This document shows, in pieces, positions 1 through 7,078 of a stretch of 46,921 bases of DNA. The notes beneath the pieces were generated by a model. The model searched no databases, was not told where the DNA came from, and saw nothing but the letters and a program-made list of their open reading frames with translations. The stretch covers positions 1-46,921 of the forward strand of contig JAOZRE010000003.1 of assembly GCA_029940215.1 (NCBI GenBank). Reading direction: 5' to 3'. The stretch is from a bacterium (lineage in GTDB: Bacteria; SAR324; XYD2-FULL-50-16). The position numbers and the translations under genes were made by a program. Each line of letters starts with the position of its first letter. The first letter of the stretch is position 1.

Positions 1-1
1 T

Positions 2-43
2 CACCCGATGGAGATCCTGTTTGATGCTCTGAATCAGGGTTAA
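2..43 (+). CDS. C-terminal end of a gene truncated by the window edge (possibly a GlpC/HdrD/GlcF-type Fe-S protein)
   Basis: Open frame HPMEILFDALNQG-TAA at 2-43; an HPxE(L/I)L tail is typical of CCG-domain Fe-S proteins. Only 13 codons are visible. Confidence 0.35.
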   Translation, partial: HPMEILFDALNQG

Positions 44-60
44 CGGAACAGACAAGTACA

Positions 61-275
61 TTAACTTAAGCACAGTCCGAGTGGCTGTTGTGAAGCCGTG
101 GCAATTACTTGGAGGAGTTTCTTAGATGATCTTGACGAAATTGAGCGCCCGAAATCCCGCCTGTTTGAGCGTTAGCGAGTTCGGGATTTCAGCGAAATGA
201 GTTATAGATCATCTTGAAACGGATCCGTAATTGAAACGGGTTTACAGCAGACACGGAATTTGATGCTTAAGTTAA
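61..275. mobile_element. MITE-like non-autonomous element (~215 bp) with nested inverted repeats
   Basis: Perfect 12-bp terminal IR TTAACTTAAGCA (61-72) / TGCTTAAGTTAA (264-275); internal IRs AGATGATCT 124-132 / AGATCATCT 206-214 and GAAATCCCG 151-159 / CGGGATTTC 182-190; no ORF; intergenic. Confidence 0.55.
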
Positions 276-335
276 CGACATTGAGTACCAATTCACTGTA
301 GGATCTGGTGCGTTCAATCGAATAAACTGGGGAGC

Positions 336-1160
336 ATGATGATCGATTCCAGAATTGCAGACCGATTGCAAAGCGCTTTTAAGACAGCCGGGCAGGTGAC
401 GGTTATGACCGGGGCTGGTATTTCTGCCGAAAGTGGTATTCCGACCTTTCGCGGACCCGAAGGATACTGGACGGTTGGGTCACAATCCTATCACCCGCAG
501 GAAATGGCGACATTTTCCATGTTTTCCCGGGAGCCTTTGGAAGTCTGGCAATGGTATTGCTATCGGCGCTCAGTCTGTATCAGTGCCGAACCCAATCCCG
601 GTCATTTGGCCCTGGTTGAGATGGAGCAGGTCCTGGGTGACCGGTTTACGCTGATAACACAGAATGTCGACGGGCTTCACCTTCGCGCCGGGAATAGTGA
701 GCAGCGAACCTTCCAGATTCACGGCAATATTAACTATATGAGGTGTTCTGTTGACTGTTCGTCGGATCTTTATCCCATTCCGACGTTTATACCTGAGAGG
801 CCGGTAAGCAAGGTTTATGACCTGCAACTACTGGAAAAACTGGTCTGCCCCAAATGCGGGCAACGAACCCGCCCCCATGTCCTCTGGTTTGACGAAAGCT
901 ATGATGAACAGTTTTTCAGATTCAACAGCTCCCTTCAAGTAGCGCAACAGACTGATCTATTGATCATTGTCGGGACATCGGGCGCCACCAACCTGCCAAA
1001 CCATGTGGTCAGTGTTGTTCTATCCAATGGCGGCCTGGTGGTTGACTTGAATATTGAATCCAACCTGTTCTCTGACCTGGCCGAACAGAACCAGGGTATT
1101 GCCCTTCGAGGTCCCAGCGGAGAGATGCTGCCGGAACTCCTCAATCTCCTGCCTCGTTAG
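336..1160 (+). CDS. cobB: NAD-dependent protein deacylase (sirtuin, class III/CobB-like)
   Basis: Motifs GAGISAESGIPTFRG, QNVDGLH, HG, zinc-ribbon cysteines (CSVDC...CPKC), RPHVLWFDE, GTS; YxxR (YCYR) succinyl-pocket signature. Confidence 0.92.
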   Translation: MMIDSRIADRLQSAFKTAGQVTVMTGAGISAESGIPTFRGPEGYWTVGSQSYHPQEMATFSMFSREPLEVWQWYCYRRSVCISAEPNPGHLALVEMEQVLGDRFTLITQNVDGLHLRAGNSEQRTFQIHGNINYMRCSVDCSSDLYPIPTFIPERPVSKVYDLQLLEKLVCPKCGQRTRPHVLWFDESYDEQFFRFNSSLQVAQQTDLLIIVGTSGATNLPNHVVSVVLSNGGLVVDLNIESNLFSDLAEQNQGIALRGPSGEMLPELLNLLPR

Positions 1161-1168
1161 ACCTCTTC

Positions 1169-1191
1169 TCAGGCTCAGAAAATGAGCCTGA
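1169..1191. terminator. Stem-loop after the sirtuin gene
   Basis: Perfect 9-bp stem TCAGGCTCA-gaaaa-TGAGCCTGA, 9 nt after the stop; no clear U-tract. Confidence 0.4.
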
Positions 1192-1284
1192 CCCCCACAT
1201 CCTGTCACCTGGGGGTATTGCCAATCCGTTCAATACCAGCCCTTAGGGACGACACAAATAATTACCATCGATTTTGAAAAAAAT

Positions 1285-1313
1285 TTGTGTTTTACAAAAG
1301 GCAGTGATATGAT
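1285..1313 (+). promoter_or_regulatory. Candidate sigma70 promoter for the small ORF at 1465
   Basis: TTGTGT (1285-1290), 17-nt spacer, TATGAT (1308-1313) preceded by TGn (extended -10). Confidence 0.4.
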
Positions 1314-1464
1314 TAGATCCAAGAAACGTCACATTCCAGGCCGATTTTTGGAGGCGGCCCTTATTTACCTCCATCTATCTTGTTTGATCATTTGTCCGAT
1401 GGACAACCTTCATTGATTTGTAATCGCATAACCCGTTTACACTGATACAAGTACGGAGGAGATC

Positions 1465-1671
1465 ATGAAAAAGAGAAGATATCCCTGGAATAAACGTAAG
1501 CGAACGGTCCCATTCAATCCTGATCGGCGCTACCTGGACAGAGCGGTGAACGAATTTTTGGCTGGTGGCGGCCGGATTTCAACACTCGTGCTGGATGAGA
1601 AAAGCTATCAACTCTTCGTCGAAGGCAGTAATGGTCTGACAGATGCGGATGAGTTTCTGCTGGATCAATAG
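1465..1671 (+). CDS. Small protein (68 aa) with a SutA RNAP-binding-like motif
   Basis: Strong RBS GGAGGAG before ATG; DRAVNEFLAGGGRI resembles the AMEEFLSRGGKV core of Pseudomonas SutA (recalled); basic N-terminus, acidic C-terminus. Confidence 0.7.
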   Translation: MKKRRYPWNKRKRTVPFNPDRRYLDRAVNEFLAGGGRISTLVLDEKSYQLFVEGSNGLTDADEFLLDQ

Positions 1672-1986
1672 CACCGGCGCAAACAGCATGAACCCCTGTC
1701 TGATACCGGCTGCTCTCCCCTGGGGAGCCGTATTGGATAAACAGGTACATAGTTGGTTCAGAATTCACAGAAATCACTATGTACCTGTTCCATACCTTGC
1801 CAGTTGTCGGGCCCCATCAACATTTCATGCAAAATTCAGTTGATCTGAAAGCAAACCTGAAATAACATTTAGAAATTGACTGGTAAGGTTAAACGGAAAA
1901 ACAACGTTTTAAGATAGTTTTAACCTCTTTTTTCAGTGAGGGATCTACCCTGATCACTGTGTGAACTTAAAAAAAAGGGAGCCCTT

Positions 1987-2397
1987 ATGCCATATCTTGA
2001 ATGGGATGCGAGATACAGTGTCCAGAATGAGTTTATTGACTCCCAGCATAAAAATATTCTTAAGGCGATCAATGCATTGATAGATGCCATTGATGAAGGG
2101 CAGACCCATATTTTCTGTTCTAAACTGCATTCGGCCCTGAAAGCCTATACTGAGAGGCATTTCTCCCATGAAGAAAAGATTCTGAAGAAGGCTCATTTTC
2201 CGGGATTGTCCAGCCATAAGAAGGAGCATCGGTATTTTGTCCAAAAAGTGGAAGAGATCTATGAACAGATGAAAAATGGTGAGGCGGATATTGAAGTTGA
2301 ACTGCAGATGTTGGATTTTCTGAAAGAGTGGTTTTACAATCACATATTAAAAAGCGATTTTGATTACGTCGATACCCTGCTGCAACATGTGGGCTAG
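1987..2397 (+). CDS. Bacteriohemerythrin
   Basis: W...Y.V....ID.QH, HFSHEE, HKKEH and HILKSD give the complete di-iron ligand set; RBS AGGGAG. Confidence 0.93.
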   Translation: MPYLEWDARYSVQNEFIDSQHKNILKAINALIDAIDEGQTHIFCSKLHSALKAYTERHFSHEEKILKKAHFPGLSSHKKEHRYFVQKVEEIYEQMKNGEADIEVELQMLDFLKEWFYNHILKSDFDYVDTLLQHVG

Positions 2398-2451
2398 TGA
2401 CCATTTATCTTTTCGCTCACATATCGATCGGACTGTAAGGGAGTTTTGACC

Positions 2452-3270
2452 ATGTCATTAATCAGCATAGACCCGGATCGTTGTACAAAAGATGGTCACT
2501 GTGTGGCCGAATGTTCCCCAAAGATTATTGAAATGGGCGACGATTATCCATTCATCAAGGTAGAGAACGAAGAGCGTTGTATCGACTGCGGTCACTGTGT
2601 GGCTGTTTGTCCAACTGAAGCACTGACCTTGAAGACTTTGTCACCTGTAGAGTGTTCGCCCCTCGACAAATCGCTGAATCTGTCGGAAGAACAGGCCATC
2701 CAGTTTTTACGGTCACGTCGTTCTATTCGGACTTACAAGAATAAATCTGTTGATAAAGAGACCCTGCAGAAATTGATCGATCTCGCCAGGTATGCTCCCA
2801 CCGGCAGCAACAAACAGCCTGTTCAGTGGGTAATCATCCAGGATCCGGCAGATGTCCAGACAGTAGCTGGGATGGTTACAGACTGGATGAGAGATATCAT
2901 CGCTCAGGCACCCGATGTGGCAAAAGAAATGAAGTTCGATACCATTGTGGCGGCTCAGGAATCAGGTGTTGACAGGATATGCAGAAACGCCCCTCACCTG
3001 GCTTTTGCCTTTGCCGACCAGTCATTTCCCAACGCCCAGACCGATTGTGCTATCGCCCTCAGCTACCTGGAGCTGTTTCTACCGGCAAATGGACTTGGAG
3101 GGTGCTGGGGTGGATATACCACCTTCGCCACCAAGTCCTGGCAACCATTAAAAGATTTTATCAACCTGCCAGAGAACACCGAATGTCATGGGGTGATGAT
3201 GATCGGTTATCCACGTTATCGATTTCACCGCATGCCCACTCGCAGAGAGGCTCCGATCATCTGGCGCTGA
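2452..3270 (+). CDS. Nitroreductase family protein with N-terminal 4Fe-4S dicluster domain
   Basis: CTKDGHCVAEC and CIDCGHCVAVCP; RSRRSIR, APTGSNKQP, GLGGCW. ATG 2452 chosen by RBS spacing (ORF track starts at TTG 2446). Confidence 0.92.
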   Translation: MSLISIDPDRCTKDGHCVAECSPKIIEMGDDYPFIKVENEERCIDCGHCVAVCPTEALTLKTLSPVECSPLDKSLNLSEEQAIQFLRSRRSIRTYKNKSVDKETLQKLIDLARYAPTGSNKQPVQWVIIQDPADVQTVAGMVTDWMRDIIAQAPDVAKEMKFDTIVAAQESGVDRICRNAPHLAFAFADQSFPNAQTDCAIALSYLELFLPANGLGGCWGGYTTFATKSWQPLKDFINLPENTECHGVMMIGYPRYRFHRMPTRREAPIIWR

Positions 3271-3274
3271 TGGC

Positions 3275-4108
3275 TCAAAGGGTGACCATCTTTTCTGCAA
3301 TATCGGCAAAGGCCTTGCTCATGGCGGTATCGGCGTACTCTTCCTGGAATGACAGACCCTTATCCCCGCAGACGACCAGCTTGGCGTCAAAGGGGATCTT
3401 TCCCAGGAAGCGATTACTGGTATTAACGGCGGTTTTATAACCACCGCCCTTTCCGAAGAGGTCGATAGTCTTTCCACAATGTGGACAATCCATTCCGCTC
3501 ATGTTTTCCACAATCCCAAAAATATCAAGATACATCTCTTTGCAGAAGTCGATGGATTTTCGGACATCTGCCAGTGCAACCTCCTGGGGGGTGGTCACAA
3601 CAATCGCCTGGGCGTCCCGAATCGTCTGAGCGACGGTCAAAGGTTCGTCTCCGGTGCCGGGAGGGGAGTCGATGATCAGGCAGTCCAGTTCTCCCCATTC
3701 AACGTCTCCCAGAAACCGCTTGATGGTGCTGTGTTTCATTGATCCGCGCCAAATGATCGCTTTGTCGTTATCAACAATCATTGATTCGATGGAGATGGCT
3801 GACAGGTTATCGCTGTAGCGAATGGGAATGATCCTTCCTTCAGCATTTGCCTGGACCTTGTCCTTTAACCCCAGCATCCGGGGAACATCCGGTCCATGAA
3901 TGTCCACATCGACCAGACCCACCTTGAGGCCCCGATTTGCCAATGCGATAGCCAGGTTGACCGATACACTGGTTTTCCCGACCCCTCCCTTGCCGCTCAT
4001 CACGACAAATTTTTTCTTAATTCGCTTTAATGACCAACTGATGCGTGCATCGCGATCGTCCGACTCTTTCTGCTTGATATACAGATCACCTGGTGATCCC
4101 CCTTCCAT
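3275..4108 (-). CDS. mrp: Mrp/NBP35 (ApbC) Fe-S cluster carrier ATPase
   Basis: SGKGGVGKT deviant Walker A, DVDIHGP, IWRG, DSPPGTGD, VVTTPQ, ENMS, CPHC. Confidence 0.93.
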   Translation of the reverse strand: MEGGSPGDLYIKQKESDDRDARISWSLKRIKKKFVVMSGKGGVGKTSVSVNLAIALANRGLKVGLVDVDIHGPDVPRMLGLKDKVQANAEGRIIPIRYSDNLSAISIESMIVDNDKAIIWRGSMKHSTIKRFLGDVEWGELDCLIIDSPPGTGDEPLTVAQTIRDAQAIVVTTPQEVALADVRKSIDFCKEMYLDIFGIVENMSGMDCPHCGKTIDLFGKGGGYKTAVNTSNRFLGKIPFDAKLVVCGDKGLSFQEEYADTAMSKAFADIAEKMVTL

Positions 4109-4330
4109 TGCGTTCTCCTGTACTGACGTTTGTACTCCCTGTAATATCCTCTGCCGTCCATGGTGACTGATGGCTTCTCAACAACTATGACACGGTCTTC
4201 CGGGAAATAACCTTGACCGGTATCATATTCGAAACCCGAACCCCGGGATGGCTCTGCAAATGTGATCTGTCTCCGGATAACGTCTGTTGAAACCCTGCAG
4301 GGTTTTATTGAAATGACCGTCCATCTTTAT
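4079..4330 (-). pseudogene. Possible decayed DnaJ-like sequence upstream of and overlapping the start of mrp
   Basis: In mixed frames: PETDHICR, RGSG, GQGYF, PSVTMDGRG (PxxTxxGxG spacing of a DnaJ Zn-finger repeat, cysteines lost), then GGSPGDLYI at the Mrp N-terminus; stops and frameshifts, no intact ORF. Confidence 0.3.
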
Positions 4331-4462
4331 TGGGTAAGCAGGGCTTTGAAATGTTGAAAAAAACTGCTCCAGGAGGTATGCTGGATAGAAAAGAGTTAAG
4401 GAACCGGTAATGTTCACCGGTTCGGAAAATCATTGCCCCTGATCATCATTATTGGAGACAGT

Positions 4463-5242
4463 ATGCAGATAACCAGTATTCAGCTGGAGATGAAGGACCG
4501 ATCAAAGGCAGACAGTGTTGCCTTTGCCCTGCAACAGGTAAAGGAAGCACAGGCCTGTGATCTGCTGATCCTGCCGGAGATCTGGACAGTGGGATTCTTT
4601 TCCTTCGACCGCTATTGTGACGAGAGTGAGAGTATCGACGGTCCTACTGTTACTGCATTTCGTGAGATGGCAATAAAAAAAGCCTGTTACCTGCATATGG
4701 GCAGCTTCGTGGAAAAGGATGGTGATGACTTCTACAACACCAGCCTTCTCCTCTCTCCTGACGGACAAATTGCCGCCCGCTATCGAAAAATACACCTGTT
4801 TGGCTACCAGTCCAGTGAAAGGCAGGTGCTTACAGCTGGTTACGAGATTACCACCTGCGAAACACCATTTGGGGTGATGGGGATGACAACCTGCTATGAT
4901 CTGCGTTTTCCGGAGATCTATCGGATGATGGTGAACCAGGGAGCGACCTTGTTCCTGGTGACCTCCGCCTGGCCTCTGGCCAGACTGGATGCCTGGCAGT
5001 TGTTTAACCGGGCACGTGCCCATGAAAATCTCTCCTTTCTCGCCTCATGCAACTGTTCAGGCTCCAATGGTGGAAACTACTACGCCGGTCACAGCACCAT
5101 TGTTGGCCCCCAGGGAAATATTCTGGCAGAAGGCGGCGAAAATGGCGGGATCGTTAGCACAGATATTGATCTGAACCAAACCGTGGAGATCAGAAACGAG
5201 TTTCCGGCCCTGGAAGACCGGGTATTTTTATGCTCCCGGTAG
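4463..5242 (+). CDS. Carbon-nitrogen hydrolase (nitrilase/omega-amidase family)
   Basis: LPEIW, YRKIHLF, CYDLRFPE (Glu-Lys-Cys triad), RAHEN, GHS; ATG 4463 follows RBS GGAG (ORF track starts at 4433). Confidence 0.9.
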   Translation: MQITSIQLEMKDRSKADSVAFALQQVKEAQACDLLILPEIWTVGFFSFDRYCDESESIDGPTVTAFREMAIKKACYLHMGSFVEKDGDDFYNTSLLLSPDGQIAARYRKIHLFGYQSSERQVLTAGYEITTCETPFGVMGMTTCYDLRFPEIYRMMVNQGATLFLVTSAWPLARLDAWQLFNRARAHENLSFLASCNCSGSNGGNYYAGHSTIVGPQGNILAEGGENGGIVSTDIDLNQTVEIRNEFPALEDRVFLCSR

Positions 5243-5292
5243 CTGTCTGTTATGACACCCCCCTGCCGTTTATGATGCATTTTTGACAATCC

Positions 5293-6183
5293 ATGATAAC
5301 CCATAGCCCCCAGGCAAATAGCAATAAAAGTACCCTGCCGAACTGGTTTGAATCTTTCAAGCCCGTCTTGAGGATCAGGTTGCTTGGCATCATGCTCCTC
5401 ACGGTCTGTTTTGTTTCCACCGTCCAGGCGGCCGGAACGGATACTGTCTTCGCCTCGTTTGAGGGCTATAAGCCGGTTTATATCCTGAACTCCTGGTTTA
5501 TGGATCGTGAAGGGTCAGAGCAGGGGTACCAGGACCAGGAACTGGCCATCCAAATCAGCCTGAAAAAGCAGATAATCTCCTCTTTCTATTTCGGGTACAG
5601 CCACAAGGCATTCTGGCAGATATACGATCTGGGCAACTCCCGTCCCTTTCGTGAGCAGAACTATAACCTGGAAGTGTTCCTGGATTATAGGCAATATTGG
5701 GGATTTGAACGCCTGCGCATCGGGCTGGAACATGAATCCAATGGTGAGCGTATGCGATTCGATGAAAACGGGGAGCCGGTTAACTATTCAAGGACCTGGG
5801 ATCGGGCCTATCTTTTTCTGCAGAAACAGGCGACCTCCTTTCTGTCGATATCCCTGAAAGCCTGGGTAGTCACCAGCCCTAAAACAGAGGAGTACCGGGC
5901 CTATTACGACGACAATCCGGATATGCAGCAATATATGGGGAGTGGCGAGCTGGGCCTGTGCATCGATGTTTTTGGAGTGTTGACGAACCTGATGCTACGC
6001 CGGGGATGGCGGGATGGAACCGAAACGGTTCGGATGGATATTCAGGTGCCGATCAGGTTGTTCCTGGAAAAAACCAACAGCGAAAACGCCATCCATCTTC
6101 AGGCATTTTCCGGCTATGGCGACAGTCTCATCGATTATGATCGAAAAGTCAGCCGGCTGGCCGTCGGGATCTCTTTTCACTGA
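5293..6183 (+). CDS. pldA: Outer membrane phospholipase A (OMPLA)
   Basis: Signal-like N-terminus; QISLK, SRPFREQNY, catalytic HESNG, SRTWDR, GYGDSLIDY, C-terminal aromatic residue. Confidence 0.88.
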   Translation: MITHSPQANSNKSTLPNWFESFKPVLRIRLLGIMLLTVCFVSTVQAAGTDTVFASFEGYKPVYILNSWFMDREGSEQGYQDQELAIQISLKKQIISSFYFGYSHKAFWQIYDLGNSRPFREQNYNLEVFLDYRQYWGFERLRIGLEHESNGERMRFDENGEPVNYSRTWDRAYLFLQKQATSFLSISLKAWVVTSPKTEEYRAYYDDNPDMQQYMGSGELGLCIDVFGVLTNLMLRRGWRDGTETVRMDIQVPIRLFLEKTNSENAIHLQAFSGYGDSLIDYDRKVSRLAVGISFH

Positions 6184-6366
6184 TACTGCTATTTACCCCT
6201 TCGGTTCATTCAAAACCCGAAATCCGCATTGACTGTGTGACAATGGCATGAGGTTTACGAAACAGTCCCGATTGTGTATGATCAGCCCCTGTGATTGCTG
6301 CAACTGGTTTTCCCAACTAATCCCATTAAAAAGCAAGGTCTCCTGGCACTGCTGACGAAGATACCC

Positions 6367-7053
6367 ATGACACATCACCACATTGATATACCCCTGACCT
6401 GTGATCAGACGCTATTGTCCCATATCCGTGCGAATCTGGAAGCTCTGGAGGTCAGTGAGCAGTCACCGGCGGGTTCCCGCAAAGCTGCTGTCGCCATCAC
6501 CGTGGTAGATATTGCAGACGAACCTGGGGTGTATGGGCTGTCCGTGGATGACGAGCAGCGAGGGCATGGTGCAGTGATTCTCACTCGTCGGGCCTCCGGC
6601 CTGAAAAATCATGCCGGACAGTGGTCCTTTCCGGGAGGCAGGCTTGAACCCGGAGAAACGCCTGATGAAGCAGCGCTCAGGGAATTGGCAGAGGAGGTTG
6701 GTATTCATCTGACCCCAGAGGACATCATCGGACACCTCGACAATTTTATCACCCGTTCCGGTTTTGTGATGACACCGGTGGTGATCTGGGGGGGGGCGGG
6801 TTTGACGCAGCAAGCTGATCCAGAAGAAGTACGGTCGATTCACCGGGTTCCGATCAGGGAACTGTTAAGGGAGGATGCCCCCATTCTGGACCGGATTCCT
6901 GAATCGGAACATCCTGTGTTGTTGATGCCGGTGGGTAACAGCTGGATTGCCACTCCGACAGGTGCGATACTTTATCAGTTTCGGGAGGTTGCGGTTCTCG
7001 GTCGGAAAACACGGGTCGCTCACTTCGAACAACCCTATTTTGCCTGGAGCTGA
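6367..7053 (+). CDS. Nudix hydrolase, CoA pyrophosphatase (NudL/YeaB) subfamily
   Basis: LTRR...HAGQWSFPGG upstream motif plus Nudix box GGRLEPGETPDEAALRELAEEVG. Start uncertain (ORF track 6295). Confidence 0.85.
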   Translation: MTHHHIDIPLTCDQTLLSHIRANLEALEVSEQSPAGSRKAAVAITVVDIADEPGVYGLSVDDEQRGHGAVILTRRASGLKNHAGQWSFPGGRLEPGETPDEAALRELAEEVGIHLTPEDIIGHLDNFITRSGFVMTPVVIWGGAGLTQQADPEEVRSIHRVPIRELLREDAPILDRIPESEHPVLLMPVGNSWIATPTGAILYQFREVAVLGRKTRVAHFEQPYFAWS

Positions 7054-7078
7054 GTTTGCGGCAGCCCGGTGCCCTGTA

